Assembly (NCBI GenBank): GCA_964270895.1
Contig: OZ185445.1
Direction: 5' to 3' (one strand)
Origin: Podarcis filfolensis
Taxonomy: Eukaryota
Length of the DNA stretch: 64,000 nt
Below are positions 35,334 through 47,700 of this stretch, one piece after another; within the stretch, counting starts at the first letter, position 1; every line of letters starts with the position of its first letter. Made by a program: the position numbers and the translations under genes. The notes beneath the pieces are model-generated. The model did not search any database, was not told the origin of the DNA, and saw only the letters and a program-made list of their open reading frames with translations.

Positions 35334-35986
35334 ATGCAATCCAGCATTCTATTCACAGTAAACAACCAGCTGTCTCTGGAAAGTTTGCTAGTGGCACTTG
35401 GAGGCAAGAGTTCTCTGGAGCTATTGCTCCCCAGCAACTAGTATCTGTACCTAGAAGCACTGCTGTCTTTGAACTTTGGAGGCTGTGTACAGTTTGAAGG
35501 TTGCTGCAACTACTTTGCAAGGCACTGTAGGGATGAAATAGCTCAGATTCAGACAGAAATTGGAAAGAGTACGGCTGATACCTTCATTGTTCAGTGTTCA
35601 TCACATGCTGAAAAGGTACCTCTTTACCCGGCCTTTGACATCTGCCCGATTCTTTTGACTGTAAATAGTTTAACTGCTCTTAATATTGTATTTTTACATT
35701 GCTGCAACCAGACTCTGGGTCCATAAAGACTATGAGTGCAAAAGGAAATGCACAAATCAATTAGTCAAGAGTTTCTCCTGTTTTGAATTATTTCAGTAAA
35801 AACCAAACCTGATACTTGTGGGAGACATCTAGCAAGACACTGCAGTGGTAGTTGCTGGCATATCCCTCCATATAGATGTCTCCCACAAGTATCACTGCTA
35901 GCAGTGAAGCAATATTTTAGTTTGCATTCCATATGGCTAACTGACCAGAATGCCAACATAAGTCTTTGAATGATACACAGTGAGGA

Positions 35987-35992
35987 TTTATT
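35987..35992 (-). terminator. Candidate SGTB distal polyadenylation signal
   Basis: AATAAA on the minus strand; further copies at 36093-36098 and 36244-36249. Confidence 0.35.
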
Positions 35993-38669
35993 GTATTAAA
36001 TCAGCCCTTAACACACTTAAAAGAAAACTATAGGCGCAGGATTCAACAGCAAGGCTGTTTCTTCCTTAATGCTGCAGATAGGGAAAACTAGTTTTATTAG
36101 CAGACAGAAACCCCTAGAAACAGTCCTAGTTTAAAACCAATTTGTACAATAAAGTCAATTTCTTCATGAAACAAGAAATGGGAAGTAAAAACTATACAGA
36201 CAATGTTGGAAAACAGTAAACTATTCTTTATTTTAAGTGTTCTTTTATTAAACTTATTCCAAACAACACAAGACTGATCCATGAATCATCTATGGAAAAC
36301 TGAAGAACAGATTCAGGTGTGAATAGCTGCTACCTAAAATGTTATCTGGAATGTGCATTTTTATTTGGAGAACAGTCTGCCTGATCTAACAGTGAAAAGG
36401 CTAGTTGCTTGCCATAAATGCAACACTTTCTGCTGTTTCAAACGCATCTTATCTGGTTAGTTCACTGAACATCTGAACGGGTGCTAATCAGCAGCTTAAA
36501 TATGGGGTGGTAGCCATGTAGGAGATTGCATCTCTGATCATACTTTTTGAAAACGCTATCATGACTGGTTAAATCAGCACTGGACTATTTCTACCCAGTG
36601 AGTTCAGGACACCAGTGTATAGCTACTGCAATTTCTAACTAATTTAAATGTTAATTACTCAAAAGCAATTTAATGAGCAGTTTGCATTGTACCTTTATAC
36701 TGCAAGCTTTATATTCCATATTTTCAGTATTCTAATTATACTTGCTCAGCAGCGATTCCTACTTCTGAATGAAAATATGCTTGAAGCACTGTCCTAATGC
36801 CAATAACCAGACACCCAAGGTACTTGAGAACTCGGAAAAGGACAGGTCAATGGGGACCAAGTATATTGAAAAACAAAGGTCAAAAACTGCTGCTTTGTAG
36901 AGCGAGTAGCTGAGAAAAAAGACAAATGTTAACAGCACTGCAACAGACTCTTGGTGCTCTCCCACCCGCTCAGCATTCCGAATATCCTCCAATGAACTAT
37001 TTCCTGAATGTGGCAATATATTGTTAGCCTGAAAGTCTCTCCCGTTACAGACTTTCTAAATTGGTTCTGCAGAAATGCATAAGTACGTTTGGTTGGAATT
37101 ACAGTATAAAAAATATAGTGACAGGAGGTGCGTACAGGAAGGAAGAGGCATAAAGACAACAGCAACAAATAAAAATTCAGAACAAAGGCAGAACTAAAAG
37201 GGGATAACAAAAAGCTGACTTCAGATAATCTACAATATGCATACTGTATTAACTTTCTGCTGTCAGATTTCCCTTAAGACAGTTTCTAATGTGCAACCAA
37301 TATGTGGTTACATAAACCACAGATTACATAAACAGGCACATGACAACTACATTGAATAGATACTATGAGCATATAACTCAACTCATTATAAAAACATGGT
37401 GTCATTCCATCAAAGTTTGCAGAGCTATCTCCAGGGTAAAATCTTGGGTTCTGTGTATGCCAGAGAGATTATTTCTGCATATTACTGGGAAAACTTTCAT
37501 CCCCATCTTTTGTTCTGGATTCTACACTGCTTTTTCCCTCAGCACCCCTTGGTGCACCTTTTCTGGCTAGGGCTTCTAAAGTTCTCCCCACTATCCATCC
37601 ATTACAAACTGATAAGGAGACTGAGAATCACCTATTGCTCAATCACAAGTCTTAAATATGGCTTTCGTAATTTCCTTCTCCTTGCTCCTCTCAATACATT
37701 CATTGCAATGCGGAACTGCTGCTGTGCAAGTCCTGTCTATTAAGACAACTATAGGAAAGAAGGAGGCCAAGCGGCCCTTTTACATCTAGCCCAAGCTGCC
37801 CTATAAGAAATGTTTCCAATTATTTCACAGTAGCGCTCCCTTTGAAAACTTAGTAGGTACTCCCTGCTTGTCAGCCTACATGCTATACCTCTTTGCCTGT
37901 ACCTACGCATAGACCCGTAAATTCTGCACAGCTTAAATTTTTCTGGTCCAACTCCTACAAGACATTTATTTCTCCCCCAGCTTAGGGTTTACTCACCCTC
38001 TTTCCATCTCCCACCACAACCTCTGAGCCTGAAGCAACTCCAACAATCAGACCTATTGCTCTCCTTCCTTTCAAAAACCCCAGTAATGACCCACAATGTG
38101 GGAAAAAAGCAGTCTTCACTTTATAAGCTTATAAAGTAAAAAATGCAACATTAGTCATGCAAAATTGTTTTCGCTTGCCACAGCCTTGTCTCTGGGGCAG
38201 CGGCAACCCTTCAGTTTTGAGGAAAGGCTGCCTTATTTAATATATTTTGAATACAGATTTTACATAGGACTGACTAGCCTATCAAGCATTATTACTCCAC
38301 AAGTAATATTATGTCACCACAAGTGGGTGATCTCTTTCAACGCACAATCCTAGTGCAAAAAATCCACTCTCTTAAAAGAGAATGAAAAATTGCATGCTTT
38401 TGTGCATTGATACGAAAATGCTGCCTTATATGTAAAGATTTTAATCTGTCACCAGTTTTATTTATAGTCCATTTACAAAGGCATCAATATACATACATGA
38501 TATGTTCACATCTGTGTGCAATGAATCTGTTTTCAACAGACGATAAGAAATACACACAAAGGATTTCCAGTCTCATGTCTGAGAAGAATTACAATGGTGA
38601 TATTTGCTACTAGCTACAGTATGCCTTTTGGAATTAGTAAAACAGTGTTCTATCACATGCTGCTTTTAA

Positions 38670-38781
38670 TCAGGAATGCTCTTCAGTGCTGCCGCTGAAA
38701 GATCTGCTTCGAACGTGGTTCCGCAGCTGCTCTATGAGTTCCGGGTTTTGCTGCTGTATCTGCTGTGCAAACTGCTGCCCT
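38670..38781 (-). CDS. SGTB: SGTB last coding exon
   Basis: 112 nt, [36 protein letters not shown]. Confidence 0.97.
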
Positions 38782-41700
38782 CTGTACAGAAATTTTTGTT
38801 TTTATTTTACAAAGATCAGTAAACGAGGGGAAGCCACTGTTGTGCTGTACTCAAAACACAGGAAGCCAAAGCTCAAATTAACTCTACAACTGAAAGAAAG
38901 TACTAATCAGACAGCCCATTTGCCCTAAGCTGAGAAAAACATGAAATTTAGAAAGCTGCTCTTCATTTTGCTGAAAAGACAGGGAAAGCACAGGCCAAAT
39001 GCTCAAACGAAGGATCAGAACATAGATGTGAAGTTGTAACCAGCGACGGCAACAGAAAACAAGAACTACTAAGTCAGCCCCCTTTAAAAACAACTTAAAA
39101 ATAGACTATTTTCAATATTCCATTGGTCCCTAAGCCCTGCCCAACCTTTACATTCAGTGGATGAGGCCTTGCTAATGGTGTCATGTGTTAGGTATTAAAC
39201 TACCAGTAACAGGGCCTTCAGAGTGGTTACACCAGCTTTGCAAAATTCTGTACCACTAATCATTAAAGGGACACATTGTATTTTCAGTTTCAAGCGTCCA
39301 ATGAAGACTTTTCTATTTAACCAGGCTTTCATCAACTGAACTGAACAACTAGTTTTGCCTGTGGCTGACATTGTTGATAATGAAGGAATTTTATATGCTG
39401 TTCGATACTGTTTTAGTGTACTCATGTCCTAATATACTTTTTACGTATTTGCATGCATAATACTGCTTGATCATTCCTATGGACAAGCAGTCTATAAAAT
39501 TTAATATGAATGAAAAGAACCTCATGAATAAATAATTTTCATAAATATTAACTTGCAATTGCAGTATGTACGTCACTTACGCATGTATGAGACTTGAGAG
39601 ATCAGTGAGGCCACCAACACCTGCCGCAGGGCCCCCTATAGCATTTGTCATCATTCCCGACATCCTAAAGATTTTAGGTACATGGAGAAATATAGGCATT
39701 AGAGTGTGTGTATGTGTGCATTTGTGAGATATATATATTTAGCAAGTGTTCTCTGCCATATTATATAAAAAAATAAACTACAAGTAAATGTAGCTGTCGC
39801 TCTGGGAAGGATGTCAATTAGCACAACTTTCCCTTGCACAACTCCAATTAAAGCAACTGGGAGTTTTAGAAGGCACAGCTGCTCTCTTGCACAATTCTGA
39901 GTCATTGCAATGGGGATGTGTTCTTGAGAAATTCCTGTTGAATTCTTCCGAATAACAATAAAATATTTTGCTGATAAAAGTATGATTTGCTAATAAAGTA
40001 TTGGTCTTCTGCACCTCCTTTAATCTATTCAAGGTCTGTTCATGTATTACGTTGTCTCTGAGATCCCAGTGTCAGTTTTGATTCTAGGGTCTTAAGCCTC
40101 TTCTTCACCTATCTGCAGCTCACATAATATTTAACAGGTTTTTGCTCTTGGCAATCCCTGAATTGCTGCTTATTACTAGCAAGAAAAATGATTAATGACT
40201 TTTTAGCCATAGGGAGTGCCTTCTGTGGGGGGGGGGGGCGCGGAGGGAAGAATTGTGTGCCCATGAGGTGAAAACTTCTAGTTCAGAGTCCGTCCGTCCC
40301 CCCAACCATATCCTCTGTGGTATGCCAAAGACTTTTTCACTTATGTCTTTCAACAGAGACTCCATTCTTAGTTCATACTTACAGTTGCTGAACTTGAGGG
40401 TTCTGCATTAAACTCGCTGCCTGAAATAGATGAAATGCCTTGAGTTGTAATGCAGCCAGAGTTTAGCCCATAGCACAGTGAATAAAGAGGAGGCTTGAAA
40501 TTCCACAGCATTGTGAACAGAGGTCAAACCTTTGACCAACCCTAAGCTGTCTGGCAAGCAAATGCCTTGGGCTCGATCCAAACCTGCTGTTTTGCAAACA
40601 GAAGGGCTTTCTCAATTTGCAGAAGCGACCTGGATCCAGTGGAAGCTCCTGCTAGAGGAAAAGGGACGAGGCAATTTTTGCCAATTTCCCTTGCCCTCTG
40701 CAGCTCCAAGAGCCACCTCCCACACTCTTCTGGAAGATGTTCCAACGTTCTGGAGCAGGTTTTCAGGTAGTGTAGGGGGGGCTTTAGGGGGTAACTGGCA
40801 AAAACTGCATCTCCCTCCTTCCCTTCTGCCTATGAGAGTACCCAGTTGGCAGGGTTCCATTCCAAACATCTCTGGATCCAACACCTTACGGGGTCTCAGT
40901 TTTGAGAGGCTCATAGAAAACCTCATTTTACCAGAATATACAATGTAGGTCCAGTTTCTAAGCAGCCATAAGACCCTCCCCAAAACTATTTTGAAATGCA
41001 TTCCAAAAGCTTGGGAGCAGAATTCATTATAGCAAAACAAAAGAATAAGTGACAGTCTACCATGGGGTTTGTCAGCATTGAGTAAGAAGAGTTGAGGTTT
41101 CTAAATTGCTCTTCAGAAGAGCAAAATAAGACATGAAACAGAAGGAGGACCTGAAACGGAAACCACAAAAAATAATTTTAAATGCACTTACCATGCTAAT
41201 GAAGGCAGGATTGTTTATCAAGCTTGCCATGTCAAAACTTAATCCAGTTCCAGTCTGAAAATTAAATATACACATCAATCCTGTACAAAGTAGCACCGAG
41301 TCATTACAATAGTTGAATAAATAGTTTGAAAGCCAACTTACAGGACTGGACATGTCTCTTAACTTCTGTTCAGCTATTTTCAGATTTGACTTATAGGAGT
41401 CATTTTCCGGATCAAGGTCCAGTGCTTTTCGATAGCTATTAATTGCTTCTTGGTATTTGTTCATTGAAGTCAGAGCCAATCTGATACGAACAAAGGAAGC
41501 CAATGTGAAAAAGCCAATCTGAAAGAGTATTTGTATTTTCTGATCTAATTTGCATTGATTTAAATGAAAAAAATGTAAATGCTGCTTAAATTCTAAGGAA
41601 GTAGACTCTAGTCCACAAAACCTTTTAGACATAATAAGTCTATTTTGGCCTTGAGGTGTCAGGGAACTCCCAGCAGTGAACTAGACTGTTGCCTACACTG

Positions 41701-44700
41701 ACTGGCTGGTGTCCATTGAGACTAGCAGAGAGGGAGGCAGGAAGCCCAACCAGTAGCTGAAACCAGACCAAGGACAAGTAGAGCCATCTTCTGACTGGTT
41801 GTAAGTAAGAAGGCAGACAGATGGGGGCAGGGTGAGGTTGGTGGGGCAGTACTTCATTCAGTGCCAGTGCCAGACTATTCTGTGCTCTAGACAAGATAAA
41901 CTACTTGCACACCCCCTCCCCCCAAAAAAAGTTAACATCAATTTTCAAAAACAGATGTCTTGTATAAATGATAAAATTCTTCAAAATATAAAATAAAAGT
42001 AAAGTCTTATGAGAAATTTACAACAAGCCTGCCACTTACTTGCATTTAACTTGTGTGCATTCAGCTTTTCAAGCTTGACAAAAAAATTAAAAGGGGGCAG
42101 GGTTCTAGGAAAATGTAAGTGCTTTCAGCTGGCTTTCTAGGGGTCGTTCTGGCTTTACATGGTTTTGCTTGCATGCATAATGGCCAGGAACATAACCCCC
42201 ACGTAAGATGAAAGTTACCTGTACTGTACTAGTAATTTTGGCTGTTCAGCTAAAGGTTGAAAGGTTCAGCTAAATTCAAAATTGCACATCTGCAGTCCTA
42301 AGTAGCCCAGTAAAGGTATCATCTCACCAGCTTTATGTCTCTTTTACAGAGGGTCCAACTTAACCAATACCATCTAACTCAAATATGTTTCTTATTGCAA
42401 TTAGCACTGTAGTTGTACATCTAATGTTTTAGGCCAAACAAAATTAATAGTTGCTATTGCTGCTGTATCATTCTCAGTGACATCCATATTGACTCCTCTT
42501 AGACAGAGTCTGCAGTGTTGATGTACTGGTAGAATAAAATAAATCTGATAGGAGTTGCCAAGAGATCAGAAATTATCCCAGGGGCATACTGTAAGTGTGG
42601 CGAGAGTTTGATATCTGATGTGTAAGTGTGTTAGGACAACACACTTTAATTTGATGTTCAAACAAATTAGGTTTACTTACCCCATTCTTCCATATGCTTT
42701 GCTATATTTTGGATCTATTGCTATAGCTCTTTCACAGTCCGTTATTGCTTCATTATGGTTACTCAACTTACTTTGAGCAGCAGCTCTGAAGTGAAAAATA
42801 AAAAGAACAAAGAGGGCAGCTAAGAAAAGTGCATATCAACAATGAGACTATCCATCCACTCATAAACCCAATCCAGTAATGTTGACATCCTAACATTTAA
42901 ATTAATTTGCAGCTCAATCCTAATCATGTTTTCTTGGAAATTAATTCCAATCAATCTCGCCAGAACTTAATTCCAAGCAAATATATTTAGCATTGCAACC
43001 CTATCCCCAGCAAAGTCACCTGAACAAAACTAACTTCGCAATGGACTGAACTGGACTACTTAAGGAAATGTAGTGGAGTTTTTATAGGGGGGGAAACCAT
43101 GCTGGTGATCAAACAAGGACAAGAGTTTGGAGCCATGTTCTGGGGAACTGTAGACATATAGACAGATGGTAGAACTGATATTATTCATTGTTCCAAGTTT
43201 ATTTACCTGTTGCAATAATAGACTGCATTATTTGGATCCAGTTCTATAGCCTGAGTGTAACAATCCACCGCAGCACCATAATTTTCTTCCTTCATGTGAT
43301 TATTACCTGAAATAAATTGCAACAATAAAATTTTGTGGATAATTGGAATGCTGATGTATTAAACAACAGCCACAGATTGTTATAAACTACACCACATAAA
43401 GCACTTTTATGACTCTGTTGCCCTTTGCAATTGTCTTTTCAGAAACAAATTGCTTTCAGCAGTATAACACATGCCAACTAGAACTATGCATGCCTTTTCC
43501 ATGCAATTTTCCTTGATACAAAATGACACAACATATGACCTTTGCTTGTGGAAATTCAAGAGATTTTGTCATTTTAAACAAGGAGGAAACTGGGTAGAAT
43601 AAGCGAGTCAGTATAGTTGATACCTAGAGTACTATAACTGTATCTGAAAGCTTTGTGTTTTAGATGCCGTGTCATAAATGAGTGGAGGCCTTGGACATAT
43701 CACAGAATGGGGCCTTGGTGCCCCCAAATCTCTAAAATGGGGAAAGCTTTTATTACCTATTTCATAGGCCTACAGCATGGGTGAACGGGGTAACAACTGT
43801 AAGGATTTGCTGTATATATAAAATACTTAAAAGTTACTCAATATATCTGTTCCATCTCTCTGTTCCATCTGAATCAGGAGAGGCAGTGGAGGTGAGAGCT
43901 TGGAGATGGCAATGGGCTTTATGTAGGTCAATAAAATGAAGCTGAATCCTGAAAAAACTGAGTTGGTATGTTTCCTGAGTTATCACATCAGGGAGGTGTG
44001 AAGATGGCCTGTTCTGGATGATACCACATTCCTCTGGAAGGAGCAGGTCTGCAGTTTGGCAGTGCTCCTGGATTCAACACTGCCACTGTGAGCTTATCTC
44101 TCACAGTTACAATTCCCATCAACCCTTAATGAACTACAGTGCTGAGCATTCCGGGGGGGGCGGCGCAGAACATGCCTTAATGGTGTCACTTGCAATCAGC
44201 ACACAACAGAGACAGGGAACCTAACTCATTTTTATGGAAGTAAGTCTTAGTAAATTCAGTGGGATTACTTCCAAACAGAGCTGCAAGTGTATTAAAGAAA
44301 CGTTAATCTACTAATTAGATAGGCAATTAAATTTGCACACAGGCACAAATCATATTTCTGAAGCAATAAGTATTTTGTTCTATTTATTTTTATTTTGTAT
44401 GATGACAATAGAACACTTGGGGGGCAGGAATCACCTAACAAGCCCTTTCAGTGGAAGCCATGCACAAGGACTTCTGCTTGTTTAGCGTGGCTTCTCCCCC
44501 TGCTTCTCCCCCATGGCCACCCCAAATTTGGCTCCAAGGGAGGTCAGAAGAACCTCCAGAACAGTGGGGGGGGGGAGGGAGGAGAATGGAGGATTATTCC
44601 ATCCGGCAAGCTGAAAATATTACGCTGACGGAGCAATTTCAAGAGTGTGACATTGAATTCCTCCCTTGTTTAATAGCAGTTATCTCAGAAGACACACACC

Positions 44701-47700
44701 CTCTGTGTAAGAGAGAAGGGAGACTGCCTCTTCCAAGACTGAACTACTCACCCACAGCTTTTTATACAAGTTTGTATTAAAAAATATATTTTAACTGCTG
44801 CCCAATTAAATGAGGGAACCTTTTTAGTAGTTTAGAAGTTTTTAATTGAACGAGTCCAGCTCACTAACTTTGCAGCCCTACTTCCAAGTAAGGATTGCGC
44901 TCTAAATTTAAGTGTTCCTGTGCTTTTTCATTTCCTTCAGAGCAGCCAGCAGACTATTCCTTTCTATTATACAGCATCTAATGCAATACGCAACAGTTCT
45001 CTACTAACAGGGTTGGCTAGAAGCCTGAATAGCTGCGCATCATTCATGAACCATACTTCAATATGGCCGACAACTGAACTACGAAAGCTATGGCAAAATG
45101 GAATGGTATGTTTACTTCTTCTCAGTTACATACCTTCATCCTTCAGCTGGTCAGCTTTCTCAAGATCCTCTGGCAAAGAATCTGAGAGAGGCAGTATCTC
45201 ATTCTATATGAATTTTAAAGAAAGGTAAATCTCATTTTTTAAATAATCTTATCTAGATTTAGCTACCTCTATTACCAGTCTTAAATGGAAATTTAGCCAG
45301 AGTGGGCCTATCAGCAATGAGAAGGCTAATAAGCTAATATTAGCTTATTCTGCATGGTACAGATTAATAATCTAAAAAAGGGCAAGAAAAATTAGTTGGT
45401 ATAAAGGATATGACTCTCATTTTTAAGTGCATCAGAGAACTGAGACACCAATCAAAAATCCATATAGTAATCTGGAATATTCAAGTATGAATTGCATTTA
45501 CTGCATTGGGTTTTAAAACAAAACATTCAGCTCTTGGGTGTGAAAGTGCAGAGATCCATGCTGGACTCAGTTGCATGCAGTCAGCTTCTACAACATTGAT
45601 TATCTATCTGAGCACGTGACTGTCTTCTGCCCAAAACAAGTGGTGAATATTGCAAAACCTGTTTAATAAATATGCAGATTCCTGCATGCAGCTCAACGCT
45701 GGGTGCCGGAAATTTGTAATCTGTTAACTCAGTAACAGGTACCTGACCCTCAGAACGTTTGTACCCATATAAAAGTCTAATTTATTTTAAAATTAAACAC
45801 TTGCTTTCAAGTAAAAACTTGGCACACACATATCAGGATAGTGACTACTGCGTATTTATTCATTTTTAGTTCATCTGTACGTATATATTTACTTATTACT
45901 GAAGCCTCTTTTGAGAGATTACCAGTGTTTTAACAATCATTATTTTGGCTTAATAAGATGAAATATGAATGAACCTTGTACCTGCACATGCAGTTTGTTC
46001 TGCTACCCTTTACTGGCCTGAATGCAACATGGTAGTCTCCTGTCCAAACCAGGAGACTATACTTACCAGCCTTGGAACAAGACAGGATGGAACAAGACTA
46101 CAAATTTAAGTAAGCCTCAACACATGGTTTTAGATTCTGGCTTGCTCCAAAGATGGTGACCACCAAGTTTTCCAGTTCAAACTATGGTTCATTGGTGGCT
46201 TCTTCATTGAATTCAGGTGTGTTGCAAAAGCAGTAGAAAAAGAGTTGCATGTGAGGCTCTTTGTTCTTAGCTTATTAAGGGCAGATATGATTGTCTGAAC
46301 CAGACCACTAGTCCCTTTTCTTCAACTAACATGCTAGAACTAAAACAGTCTAAGAAAACAAAAACTCTGCCCTGTTAAAATTATTTAAGTTATAAACATA
46401 TCTGCTCCAATACAATCTTACCTTGTGACAACTATCTTCAAACATTTCTGTCAAACGTATAGGTACTGCAAGATGGGAATCCTCCAAATTAATTTTAAAG
46501 ACTGTCTCCAAACACTGAATTGCCACTGTAGAGAAATATGTTTTGTTTTGTTTTTAAAAAAGGAAACCACCTGTTAATTTACCAATATATACGAGTAACA
46601 CAAATTCTTCATTCCATGGTTGCTGCCTTATAATGACAATTCACTAACACCAGAATCAAACCCACTATTGCGGAAGGGTGACCATATGTATGCCATGTTA
46701 GAAGAAAGGCAGGATATTAATGGCAGAAACCAAAAAACTTGAAAGAAATCAGAGGTGGATTTTGGCAGCTAAAATCTGTGCAAATCAGCAAATATAACAT
46801 GTAATGGATCAATAAAGCACTGCCTTCTCTCAGTCAACACCAATTGACCCAGACTCAGTTGACAAACCTGGCCACAGGAACGTGCTTCATCAATAAGTAC
46901 TTATAGAGTTAAGTAGTTATTTATAAGTACTTGTCAGCTTTCTCAGCCTCCATCAAAAGGCAATTTGGATTAGAATTTCTTTGAAAATCTATTTCATATG
47001 GGAAAAAATAATGGTGTGACTGTATCACGTCTTCCTAGTTTCTAAGTCAACTACACCCTTTGGCCACATTCACAAGAAATGATAAACCATGGTTTAACAC
47101 TATGAGCCTGACCTAGAACAAGCCTGAGGGGATCCTCACAAAAAACTCTCTCCTGCCCCACAACTTTGGCAGCATTTAGGCTTATTTTCCCTGAATCTTG
47201 GCTTGCTGTGTCATCTGGACTGAGGACTGAAATTTATAACAAACTCTGGTTAGTTAAGCAAGTCAGCTGAAGAACCCATGGTTTGAATTGGGCTTGCTTC
47301 TATACCGATCAGAGACCAACCACATTCATGTACTCCTACAGTGTCAACTCTTTCAGACAAGCAACGAGAGATGGGCAATCATTCCTCTCTATGGCTAAAT
47401 AAGGACAGACTGGACCTATCTTGATAACTTGCAATATTTATTTCTCTCTCTCTCTTTAACGTCACAAAAATGTTTGATTTAACAAAAGTGCATGTGTTAT
47501 CCAAGCAAGAAAAACAAACGAACATGTCATCTGCACAACTTCCATTAGTACCAAAGGTGCAGAGTTTCTAAAATAATAACGGGCCTTCTAGAACAAACTG
47601 CATCATCTGTTTGCAATTGCTATAAAGCACTCTGAGCTCCTGGGATAGAACAGTCTAAAATAAACAAATGGTTTCAAATAAAAGTTTATTTAGGTTTGTG

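Noticed and set aside
39218-39334. Box C/D snoRNA-like TGATGA...CTGA in the last SGTB intron (minus strand)
   Set aside because: No terminal stem and no recognisable rRNA/snRNA guide
41072-41632. 186-aa ORF as a separate gene
   Set aside because: It is two SGTB exons read through an in-frame intron plus flanking intron sequence
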